From positions 32,001 to 96,000 of the forward strand of contig OZ244999.1 of the NCBI GenBank assembly GCA_965223265.1: 64,000 nt of DNA. Reading direction: 5' to 3'. How positions within the stretch are numbered: position 1 is the stretch's first letter; each line of letters begins with the position of its first letter. A program made the translations under genes and the position numbers. The DNA comes from Planctomycetota bacterium. GTDB lineage: Bacteria > Planctomycetota > UBA8108 > SXIK01. The notes beneath the pieces were generated by a model that ran no database searches, was not told the DNA's origin, and saw only the letters and a list, made by a program, of their open reading frames with translations. Below, piece by piece: positions 1 through 8,745 of this stretch.

Positions 1-1036
1 CGATCGCGGGCTCGAACTTGGCGCTGAGCTCGCCGAGTTTTAGGTTTTTCTGGCGCGCTAGCATGGCGACTGCCATCACCGTCGAAATCAGTAGCGCGAC
101 GTTCGCGTTCCCCAAGAAGGTGCTCGCCTCGAGAAGCCAGGAGGGCACGTCGGTTCCTGCTTTCTGGATGGCCGTTAGAAGTGTCTGACCCGTGATGAGG
201 AACACCGGCAGCAGAACCGGCAGCAGCGCGCTGACGAGTCCAGGAAGCTCGCTCTCTTGGCGGTTGACGATCGCTTCGAGCTCTTTGATCGACGACCCAG
301 GAGCTTCTCGCACTGGGATGTCGAGGCGGCGGTTGACAAACGCAGCGAACGCTAGCCCGGCGAGTGCGGGCGGTAGGCCGAGAAGAAAACCAAAACCGAT
401 CGCGGCGCCGAGGTCGAGACCTTGACCGGAGAGGTTCTCGACCATGACCAGCGGACCCGGTGTCGGCGGCACCAGTGAGTGGGTGATCGCACCGCCGGCG
501 CAGGGCGCCATGACGTACAGAACGAAGTTCTTTCCGAGGCGCATGCGAAGCGCGCGCGCCAGCGGCACGACAAGGAAGAACACCGTGTCGAAGAAGACTG
601 GCACCGAGAGCACATAGCCGGTGGACATGAGTGCGAGCGATGCGTAGGCCTGTCCGAAGAGCGCCAAAAGGGAACGCACGATGCGGTCTGCCGCACCGCT
701 TTCAAGAAGACACTGGCCGATGATCGCGGCGAGCACGATCACGATGGCGATCTTGCCAGCGGTGCCGCCGAACTCCTCCGCCGTGCGCTGCACGGCAAGC
801 GTCGCTTTCGGCGGCAGGGATTCGAGTCGGCTCTCGAGCTCTTGCTGGACGCGAGCATCGTCGTCGGGGTACGCGCTTTTCAACTCGGTTTCGATCCTGC
901 CGCGTTCTGCACTGGCCGGTGAAAGAATGCCGACGAGGATCGCGCCAAGGATCAGCGCCAGGAATGGATGCAACTTCAGCACCGTGATCCCGACGATGAC
1001 GAATGCCACACCAACGACCAAGACGAGGAAAGCCAT
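1..1036 (-). CDS. GntP family (gluconate/sugar acid:H+ symporter) permease, 3' end runs off the window
   Basis: Not in ORF track (truncated). Manual translation from ATG at 1036: MAFLVLVVGVAFVIVGITVLKLHPFLALILGAILVGIL..., later IPVFFDTVFFLVVPLAR and ITHSLVPPTPGPL, the GntP signature motifs. Confidence 0.9.
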   Translation of the reverse strand, partial: MAFLVLVVGVAFVIVGITVLKLHPFLALILGAILVGILSPASAERGRIETELKSAYPDDDARVQQELESRLESLPPKATLAVQRTAEEFGGTAGKIAIVIVLAAIIGQCLLESGAADRIVRSLLALFGQAYASLALMSTGYVLSVPVFFDTVFFLVVPLARALRMRLGKNFVLYVMAPCAGGAITHSLVPPTPGPLVMVENLSGQGLDLGAAIGFGFLLGLPPALAGLAFAAFVNRRLDIPVREAPGSSIKELEAIVNRQESELPGLVSALLPVLLPVFLITGQTLLTAIQKAGTDVPSWLLEASTFLGNANVALLISTVMAVAMLARQKNLKLGELSAKFEPAI

Positions 1037-1467
1037 GAAGGTTGTCGTCCTTAGGAGAAGCGCTGTTTGACGGCGAGGAGCCCGCAGCGAGATCGTACGG
1101 CTAGCACGCCGTCGAAAAAGTGCCCGAGCGCTTCTTCAACGGGCCGCTATGCGCTGATCCTCAGCCCGTGAGACGCCTATCGAACGAGAAATGGCGCCGC
1201 GGTGCAAGTTGCGAATTCGGCTATCGGAGACTTGGGCGGCTCGTGGCGCGCGGAGGATCCGATAACCGGAGTCGACGGGGCGCGGGCAAACTCGCTGCCG
1301 ACGCTTTCGCCCGCCGATGCTTCCTGCTACGCTGAGCGCTTGCTTGAGATTCCGGTGTGGCGGTCGAGGTGGCCGTCGATGTGGCCATGCGGCGCGACCG
1401 CTGGATCTCGCTTGACAGCGTTGTTGAGCGCTGACGAGCCACCTGAATCCACGAGACGGAGGAATCT

Positions 1468-1860
1468 ATGGATTGCCCACGCTGCCGATTGCCCTTGAAA
1501 AAAGTTGACTACGAAGGCGTCGAGACCGACATGTGCGAGAGCTGCTGGGGGTTCTGGCTCGACACGGGCGAGCTCGAGCAGGTGCTGGCGCGCAAGCGAC
1601 TTGAGTTTTCGAATGCCGAACGCGAGGCGATCCTCGACGTCCGCACCGCGTCACGCGGTGGACCGACCGAGCCAGCTCCCTGCCCCGTTTGCAGCACGAC
1701 GATGGAGCGTCTGCACTACGACGAAAGCGTGCACCTGATCATCGACCGCTGCGCGCAACACGGGGCGTGGCTCGACACGGGCGAGATCAAGAAGGTGCAG
1801 GCACTCGCCGAGAAGTCCATGGCCGTGCATCGAATGCTGATCAAGAAACTTGGGCTCTAG
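1468..1860 (+). CDS. Tandem zf-TFIIB-like zinc-ribbon protein
   Basis: Two repeats CPxC...(C/D)xCxx(C/H)xGxWLDTGE; GGAGGA RBS just upstream. Confidence 0.85.
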   Translation: MDCPRCRLPLKKVDYEGVETDMCESCWGFWLDTGELEQVLARKRLEFSNAEREAILDVRTASRGGPTEPAPCPVCSTTMERLHYDESVHLIIDRCAQHGAWLDTGEIKKVQALAEKSMAVHRMLIKKLGL

Positions 1861-2029
1861 CCTACCGGTCGTTTCGCTGTGACGCTGGGTCCTCTCGTGC
1901 GTGGTCTTGCTTTGGCTCTCCGCTCGTCGACGTCGAGCTCTGCCACCGTCGGCGGATGGGCTGCGAGTCGCGAACTTGGCGTGGCGTTCGCCTCTTTCCC
2001 AGGTCGCGAAATCTCGCCAGGACATACCC

Positions 2030-2060
2030 TTTCCGTACGCTTTCCGTACCTTTGCCGTAC
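2030..2060 (+). repeat. Three ~10-11 bp direct repeats TTT(G)CCGTAC in intergenic DNA
   Basis: tttccgtac (2030-2038), tttccgtac (2041-2049), tttgccgtac (2051-2060). Confidence 0.7.
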
Positions 2061-2332
2061 TCTTTAGCCCGGACGTTCATCGACCGGCATTTGTTGGGTC
2101 GTGAATCGAAGCGGGGGCCGTTGGCACTGAATGCTCCGCCGCGGAAAATAGCTTTCGAGTTTTGCGTTTTTTCTCGGCGCGCCATCACCAACGCGGTCGT
2201 ATAAACGGATCCGCGTTTTCGTACGCCGCTCGGGGCAGGCTTGCGCGCAAGGGAGGCGGGCAAAGAGCGGAGGTCTCCATCACGGACGCCAACAGAGTGG
2301 CAGGAATCATCAGAATGGCGGGATTCATCACA

Positions 2333-5300
2333 ATGGCCCATACAAAACGAATCCAGGGACTTACACTTCTTTTGGCGGTGCTCGCCAACCCGATCGCACA
2401 GGTCTGCGCCGAGTGCAGCTACACCAGCGTCCCCGGCACGATCATCTGGGGCGCTCCGGATCTGCTCGGATCGTGGCAAGATCCCGACTGCGAGTCCTGC
2501 GATCCCCTGCCGCTTCTCTTGGTCGGCGCAGACGGCTACGGGAACTGGGACATTTATATCGAACCCGGCGACCCTGCGGACTGCGTGATCGATGCCCAAG
2601 AGGTCGTCATCGACAACAAGGCTGACGCTCTCAACCCCGGAGGTAGCATCGACGACTGCCCGACGCCCGAGCCGTACCACTATTGGACGGTCTTTCACAT
2701 CGACGCCAGCGCCGCCAACGCCGAGCTGCCGATCGGCGCCCACGAAGCTTGGGACAGTCGCGACGGCATCGTGGACGCCGGACTGGCGGTGGGCAGGAAG
2801 GATCTCGTGACCACGGAACAGTACTCCTTTCTCCCCTTGTTTCCTGTCACCGGAACGTACGAGATTCGCCGGTACTCGAAGGACTGCGGGGAGGGGTCCT
2901 CATACGCCGCACTCGCTCTGCGGGTCGAGGTCACCCAGCCCCTCAGGGCGACGTCGATCCACTTCGACGGCTCGCTAAGCACCGCTACCGCCGTGCAGAC
3001 GCTCGTCGAGTACGCGGCCTCCCCTGAAGTGACAGGTTGCGTCGATAGGATCGTCCCAGACGATACCCTTCGAGTGCTCTGCTCGAACGGGGTGGGCGCT
3101 CCGGGACTCGAGGCCTACGATTTCTTCACCATGGAAGGGTGCGGCGTCGAGAGTGTCGAATGGGAGAGCTTCGAGGAGGGCACGGGCGTGTGGTCGCCGA
3201 TGTCGGTCTCGAATCCCGTCGAGGACCTCTCGAGCGAAGACGTCGCGGCGAATCTGCCCTCGCGAGGATACGTCCGGTTCCGCCGCGTCGACACGAGTTC
3301 GGGAGACACCACGACGACGAACGCGCTGACGGTCGCTATCATCGGCGACATCAACGTACGAGTGACCCCGGCTCGGCAGGACGTCTGCCAATCCGGCGTT
3401 CGTGAGGACCTTGTGGCGGAACTCCGCCAAACGCCCACAGGTCGGGTCCAATACCTATGGCAATCGCGCCTCCTCGAGCCAGGGGCGGAGTGGCAGATGA
3501 TCCCGGACGCATTCGGCGCGGCGATCACGCCGACGGCGGATTCACGCGATTACCAAGCCCTGGTTTGGGCCATCCAAGACACAGCCGTCAATCTCGCGCC
3601 AGGTGGCATCGCGACCCAGTCGAGCACGTTCCCAGGAGGCGACGCGGCCAACGCGATCGACGGGAACCCCCAAGGCAATTGGGGCGACGACCTTCTGTCG
3701 CGCACCGCGCTCGCGGACAGCTCTCCGTGGTGGAGTGTCGCGTTCGATCAAAACCACGAGCTGACCCGCGTCAAGCTGTGGAATCGCGAGGATTGCTGTC
3801 GTTTCCGCTTGACCAACTTTCGCATCCGAGTCATCAGCGAAAGCGGCAGCGATAGCTACTCGGAAGATTTCTACACCGGCGGCGGCGGCGTTCTCGGCGA
3901 TGAGTCTTTCACGCTGCCCGAAGGTACGATCGGAAACGAAGTCCGCATCGAGATCCTGGGTCCGAACAGCTTCGGCGAGACGAATCTGACTCTCGCGGAA
4001 GTCGAGGTCTTCGGCTTTCCGCGCTGTGGCCCGTACCTCTCGAACATGGTGAGGGTGATCGTCGGCGACGACGATGCCAATCCGGCGGCGTACTTTCCCG
4101 ACACGGATGGCGACGGCTACCCGAACAAGAGTGGCGCGTCGCAAGTCTTCTGCGCGGATCCCGGCGACGGTTGGGCGCTCGGCGCTCTCGAAGAGGACTG
4201 TAACGACGGAAATCCGATTCTTCGCCCGGGACAACTCTGGTACTTCGACGGAGACGAAGACAACCTGATCGCGTTCGACGCCGAACCCGTCGAATCGTGC
4301 CAGCGTCCGATGCCGTTCAGTCAGTGGAAGCGGCGCAATCCCGAGGATCCCTGGGACTGCGACGACACCGATCCGAACGTCAACACGGCGGAGTCCTGGC
4401 TCAAAGACGAGGACGGAGATGGCTTCTCGGTCGGCGAGGTCGTGATCAGTTGTGCTCCGCCACTCGGGTATCGATCCGTCGACGAGATCGTCGGCGGCGA
4501 CGACTGTAACGACCTCGATCCGAACGAGAACCCCGGACAGAGTTGGTATCCAGACGCAGATTCCGACGGCCAGGGTGGAGGTCCTGCCGTCGAGTCGTGC
4601 ACGCGGCCCGAGGGCTACTTCACGGCGGAGGAGCTCACCGGCACGACGGACTGCGACGACACCGACCCGCTCTACTTCGAAGACGAAAGCTGGTACCGCG
4701 ACGCCGACGGTGACGGATTTCCCGCGGCGGCGCCCGGCAGCGAAGACGCGGACGTCGCCTCGAGCTGCGGCCCGCAAGACGACTTCACCAAGCGCGCGCA
4801 CGAGCTCGTCAGTCTCGACGTCGACTGCGACGACGAGGACCCCGAGCGCTTCCCCGGCCAGGCTTGGTATCCCGATGGCGATGCGGATGGCCTCGGCGAC
4901 GCATTCGCGTCCCCGACGTTCGACTGTAACCCCCCGAGTCCGACGATGGCAGCGAATCACCGAGACTGTGACGACGGCAACTCGGACCCGGCGCGCTGCT
5001 TGCCCGACGCCGACGCTGGCGCGACCCTCGAGCTTTCTCTCGGTGACGCACTCGCGGCAGACTCCTGGAACGGTACCGGTGAGACGCCGCTCGGCTCATT
5101 CGGGGATTCCGATTTCCTGGTCGAGGCGTGGATTCGCACGAGTGCGGCGCGAGCGCAAGTGATCATCTCGAAGGGATCGTCGTGTGCGGAGTCGAATGCT
5201 TGGGGCATGCGTCTGCGCGCCGATGGCGTCGCCGAGGCATTCGTCACGAGCGGGATCGGAGCGAAGTTAGAGCTCTCGGGGCAGACTTCTCTGAACGACG

Positions 5301-6430
5301 ACGAATGGCATCACGTCGCCCTGCGCCGCATTGACGACGAGCTCTCGATTTGGGTCGATTCCCTTCCCGAGGCCCGCGACTCCATCGGTACCGAGCTCCG
5401 AATTCGGGGCCGCCGCGACGTCGTCGTCGGCAACGACCTTCCCCTCGGGGGAGACGGCTGCGAACCCGGATTCGAGGGCAAGATCGACAACGTTCGGATC
5501 TGGGCCGCGAGTCGATCGCTCGCGGAGTCGGGCCCGGATCTCCACCGCGTGGTCGACGCCGAGTCACTCGGACTCGTTGTCTACTGGTCGTTTGACAAGA
5601 CGGTACCGCACGATGGGGAAATCTACGCGGCCGATTCTGCCGTCGGCTTTCCACTTCTCGTCGAGAGGGGCAACCGGGTGGGCTCGACGGCACCGGTCGG
5701 AGTCGGAACGGCCCAGATTTCCGTCTTTCTCCCTGCCGAGGGAGGGCCTGGCGACTTCATCCACGATGGCGCGGGGCTGCGCGTTAACGGGGCGGTGCTC
5801 GATGCCGTTGCCGCCACGGCGACGACGACTCGCCTCGCAGTCCCGCCGGCCGGGGAGCTTCCCCCGAAACGAGCTCCTCTCACCGACAGCTACTGGATTC
5901 TCGATCTCCTCGGACCCGCCTCTTCGATTCAAGGGGACCTGACGCTTCAGTTCGAAACCGACGTGATCAGCGCCGGCACCGCGGGGCGACTCGAGGAGAT
6001 CTCCCTCTACTCACGCCCCGCGAACTCCGACGGCGAGTGGACGTTCGTGGCGACCGCGGCCGCTGCAAACGAGGCGAGTGAGCAGGTGCGTTTTAACGGC
6101 GTGACGCTCACTCGCAGCCAGCTCGTCGTCATGGACTCCGGCGAGCCCGATGAAACGCCTTTGTACCGCGGCGACTGCAACCAGGACTTGAGTGTCGACC
6201 TTTCCGACGGGATCTTCGACCTCAATTTCCTCTTCGTGAGCGGTGAACCACCGACGTGCGTCGAGGCGTGCGAGGTCAACGGCGACGGCCAGAACGACCT
6301 CTCGGACCCGGTCTACCTGCTCAACTATCTCTTCATCAGTGGACCGGCGCCCGAGGTGCCGTTCCTCGGCTGTGGGCTCGACCCCGATCCGGCTGGGAGT
6401 CTGGGATGCGAGGTGACTGCATGTCCGTAG
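2333..6430 (+). CDS. Large secreted multidomain protein: F-type lectin/discoidin, six Asp-rich putative metal-binding repeats, LamG-like domain, C-terminal dockerin-like domain
   Basis: ORF track 2162..6430; likely start ATG 2333 (MAHTKRIQGLTLLLAVLANPIAQVCA, signal peptide). NLAPGG-ATQSST...AIDGN...PWW...WNREDCCRFRL...LAEVEVFG; six (W/Y)xxDxDxD...DC(N/D)D repeats; VEAWIRT...LNDDEWHHVAL...GKIDNVRIW (LamG); RGDCNQDLSVDLSD...EVNGDGQNDLSDPVYLLNYLF. Confidence 0.85.
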   Translation: MAHTKRIQGLTLLLAVLANPIAQVCAECSYTSVPGTIIWGAPDLLGSWQDPDCESCDPLPLLLVGADGYGNWDIYIEPGDPADCVIDAQEVVIDNKADALNPGGSIDDCPTPEPYHYWTVFHIDASAANAELPIGAHEAWDSRDGIVDAGLAVGRKDLVTTEQYSFLPLFPVTGTYEIRRYSKDCGEGSSYAALALRVEVTQPLRATSIHFDGSLSTATAVQTLVEYAASPEVTGCVDRIVPDDTLRVLCSNGVGAPGLEAYDFFTMEGCGVESVEWESFEEGTGVWSPMSVSNPVEDLSSEDVAANLPSRGYVRFRRVDTSSGDTTTTNALTVAIIGDINVRVTPARQDVCQSGVREDLVAELRQTPTGRVQYLWQSRLLEPGAEWQMIPDAFGAAITPTADSRDYQALVWAIQDTAVNLAPGGIATQSSTFPGGDAANAIDGNPQGNWGDDLLSRTALADSSPWWSVAFDQNHELTRVKLWNREDCCRFRLTNFRIRVISESGSDSYSEDFYTGGGGVLGDESFTLPEGTIGNEVRIEILGPNSFGETNLTLAEVEVFGFPRCGPYLSNMVRVIVGDDDANPAAYFPDTDGDGYPNKSGASQVFCADPGDGWALGALEEDCNDGNPILRPGQLWYFDGDEDNLIAFDAEPVESCQRPMPFSQWKRRNPEDPWDCDDTDPNVNTAESWLKDEDGDGFSVGEVVISCAPPLGYRSVDEIVGGDDCNDLDPNENPGQSWYPDADSDGQGGGPAVESCTRPEGYFTAEELTGTTDCDDTDPLYFEDESWYRDADGDGFPAAAPGSEDADVASSCGPQDDFTKRAHELVSLDVDCDDEDPERFPGQAWYPDGDADGLGDAFASPTFDCNPPSPTMAANHRDCDDGNSDPARCLPDADAGATLELSLGDALAADSWNGTGETPLGSFGDSDFLVEAWIRTSAARAQVIISKGSSCAESNAWGMRLRADGVAEAFVTSGIGAKLELSGQTSLNDDEWHHVALRRIDDELSIWVDSLPEARDSIGTELRIRGRRDVVVGNDLPLGGDGCEPGFEGKIDNVRIWAASRSLAESGPDLHRVVDAESLGLVVYWSFDKTVPHDGEIYAADSAVGFPLLVERGNRVGSTAPVGVGTAQISVFLPAEGGPGDFIHDGAGLRVNGAVLDAVAATATTTRLAVPPAGELPPKRAPLTDSYWILDLLGPASSIQGDLTLQFETDVISAGTAGRLEEISLYSRPANSDGEWTFVATAAAANEASEQVRFNGVTLTRSQLVVMDSGEPDETPLYRGDCNQDLSVDLSDGIFDLNFLFVSGEPPTCVEACEVNGDGQNDLSDPVYLLNYLFISGPAPEVPFLGCGLDPDPAGSLGCEVTACP

Positions 6431-6459
6431 ATTCAGCGTGGCCCTAGGAGAGTTCGACC

Positions 6460-8451
6460 TCAGTACCCGAGCCTCTTGAGCGCCGCTTCGGTATCGGAGA
6501 GGAGCGGCGCCGCGGAAATCTTTTGGCCGACCGCCTGACGCATCCATTCCTGTGGGTAGATGCTGCCGAGCTGACACATGCGTTCCATTTCGCCAGCGAG
6601 CGGTTTGCCTTCGAGGTGCTTGCGCACCTGATAGGCGATGACGTAGCCGAGAGGGTACTCGGCCAAATAGAAGTCGCCCCAAAGCATGTGGCTGTACACC
6701 GACATGAGACCGTGGCCGTTCGGACCGAAGATGCGCGCGTAGTATTCGTCCCAGACTTCGTCGCCGATGGCGCGCGCGGCTTTCATGATGCGTGTAGGGG
6801 TTGCTTCCGGGTGGGCGTAGAGCCAGTGGTAGAGCCGAATTTCGGTGAGTGCGGCACCGGCGATTTCAAACGGTTGCCAAAAACGCTCGAGCGTGTCGGC
6901 GTCGAGCGACTTGCGCGTCCGCCGGCCCAGAATCTGGTCCGTACGATCTTGAAAGGTGAACGCGAAGCCTTCGGTGAACGCTGTGTTGGGAACCCCCCAC
7001 AGCACTTTGTAGTCCATCTCGTAACTGCTGAGCACCCCTTCGACGCAGTGGCCGAGTTCGTGCATGTACGTCTCGAAGTTGATTTCATCGCAGCCACGTT
7101 TGTCGACGCGGACACGGAGGAGCTGCTGATCGGTATCGTACGCGGGTGGCCAGGCGTGGCCCGCGGAGCGACCGTTGTCGACCCGGATCTTACTTTGAAT
7201 CCAACGAGCACGTTCCTTTCGCCAACCGAGTTTGACTAAGATGTCGGCGATCGCCTCATGCAGTGAATCTGCAGTTGGGAAACGCTTTCGAACGTCATAG
7301 CCAAGCGGAGTCTTCGCTTTGCCGTGGCGCGCAAAGCGTTTGTTGTAGACGTCGAATGGCTCAAGGTCGCGCCCTAAGTGATCGCGCAGGCATGCTGCGA
7401 CGCGTTCGGCTAGCGGCGAGGCGGTGATCGACGTCAGGATGTCGACGACTGTCTCCTCCGGCAGTTCTCGCGCCCCAAGAAACTTGTTGTCGATCAGGTT
7501 GCCATAATGGCGATACGGGTCAAGCTTGCGGTGGACCCGCCAGACCTTGTGAAATTTTTGCCAGCGCAGCGCACCGTGGCCCTGGGCGCGTCGCGATTTG
7601 CCGTTGAGCCTGATCGTGCCGCGCGGAATGTTCCACTCGGCGTTTGGCGTGCTGAGAACGTCGGCTGGAATTTCGCCATCGACGACTCGCTGCATCAGGG
7701 CGAGAAGAGCGCGCTGCTTGGGCAGTGCGTGGCGTGAGCCTTCAAGCTGCACGATGGTGTCGCGCAAATCCCAATGGGACACGAGGCTCGAGCTCTTCGG
7801 GAACTTGACGCGCGCATCACCAAAGTCATAGCGACCGACATGCAGGTTGTAGGCAGAGATGAAACGGTCGGCGTCGGTGCGCGCATTCGCGAACTCAGCT
7901 AGCAGCTTCGCCGGCACAACTTCGCGGCCGACGCGTCCAAGGCGTCGTGCGGCCCAGTCGATGCGGCGTCGCGGCGGCTTTCGATCGTCAGTGCCGAAAT
8001 TGAGCTGCGCAATCGCTGCGATGCCGGCGCGGCGATAGTCTTCCGAGAGATGTTGGTCGGGTGCGAACGCCGCGAGAATGTCCTCGGCTGCGAGCAGAGG
8101 GCGATCGGCGATGTCTTGACCGGCGCGCGTGACTTTCTCTGCCATCCCGAGACTGCCGGCGACCGCGTGATGGAACTCGTCGAGCCGAAGAATGAGCTGT
8201 CGTCGTTCCCGCCCGGGGGGAACGTATTGCGCCAGGCAAAACTGCTCGAACTGCTCGGCGGCGGCGTCACCGCGACTGCTGCCGCGACCGTTCCGGCGGC
8301 GAGCGCTGCCGAAATCCCAGACGCGGGCGCAAGCCTCGACCCCACGTACGATGTCTTGGCGTGTCTTCGCGCCGTGCTTTTTGGTGAGCTCGCGGACGAC
8401 GCGCTTCGTCAGCGCACTGTGCTCGCGGTGTTGCCGTTTGACCTTGGACAC
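6460..8451 (-). CDS. Conserved hypothetical protein, putative gluzincin (M3/M32-like) zinc metallopeptidase
   Basis: ORF track 6460..8508; likely GTG start 8451 after GGGAGAAGAG. HELGH motif (7048-7062) plus downstream NTAFTEGFA third-ligand Glu and C-terminal YLAEYPLGYVIAYQ motif. Confidence 0.6.
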   Translation of the reverse strand: MSKVKRQHREHSALTKRVVRELTKKHGAKTRQDIVRGVEACARVWDFGSARRRNGRGSSRGDAAAEQFEQFCLAQYVPPGRERRQLILRLDEFHHAVAGSLGMAEKVTRAGQDIADRPLLAAEDILAAFAPDQHLSEDYRRAGIAAIAQLNFGTDDRKPPRRRIDWAARRLGRVGREVVPAKLLAEFANARTDADRFISAYNLHVGRYDFGDARVKFPKSSSLVSHWDLRDTIVQLEGSRHALPKQRALLALMQRVVDGEIPADVLSTPNAEWNIPRGTIRLNGKSRRAQGHGALRWQKFHKVWRVHRKLDPYRHYGNLIDNKFLGARELPEETVVDILTSITASPLAERVAACLRDHLGRDLEPFDVYNKRFARHGKAKTPLGYDVRKRFPTADSLHEAIADILVKLGWRKERARWIQSKIRVDNGRSAGHAWPPAYDTDQQLLRVRVDKRGCDEINFETYMHELGHCVEGVLSSYEMDYKVLWGVPNTAFTEGFAFTFQDRTDQILGRRTRKSLDADTLERFWQPFEIAGAALTEIRLYHWLYAHPEATPTRIMKAARAIGDEVWDEYYARIFGPNGHGLMSVYSHMLWGDFYLAEYPLGYVIAYQVRKHLEGKPLAGEMERMCQLGSIYPQEWMRQAVGQKISAAPLLSDTEAALKRLGY

Positions 8452-8745
8452 GGAACTCTTCTCCCAACACGCGTCTGCGGCCGGCCGACCCATCCGGCGG
8501 TGGATCAATTTCTACCAGACGCTCGAGTTCGGTCAACCATCAATCAGCCGCTTCAGGCGCCGCGGTAAAGTGTGAGAGCGTTGACACGAGGGACGCGCCG
8601 CGGGGGCGTTAACACCGGTTTCTCAGTCGAATGTTCGATTCAGCGGGTTCAGGTTTTCTCGATGCGGGCGCTATACTGTTTGCGAACGTGAATCGTGGAT
8701 TCGGATCGGCTCGGAGGCAAACGAGGGCGACGAGATAGAGTCTAC

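Noticed and set aside
1555-1785. 18-bp direct repeat tggctcgacacgggcgag occurring twice
   Set aside because: Explained by the internal domain duplication (WLDTGE) of the zinc-ribbon protein; not an att site.
1862-2743. 293-aa minus-strand ORF
   Set aside because: Overlaps the real 2333 gene antisense; no recognisable domain.
3542-4960. 472-aa minus-strand ORF
   Set aside because: Antisense shadow of the repeat region of the large secreted protein; no motifs; expected in GC-rich DNA.
8509-8745. Possible cobalamin riboswitch upstream of the B12-dependent dehydratase
   Set aside because: No B12-box or conserved core recognisable by eye; only a TATACT -10-like hexamer at 8672-8677. An Rfam scan would be decisive.
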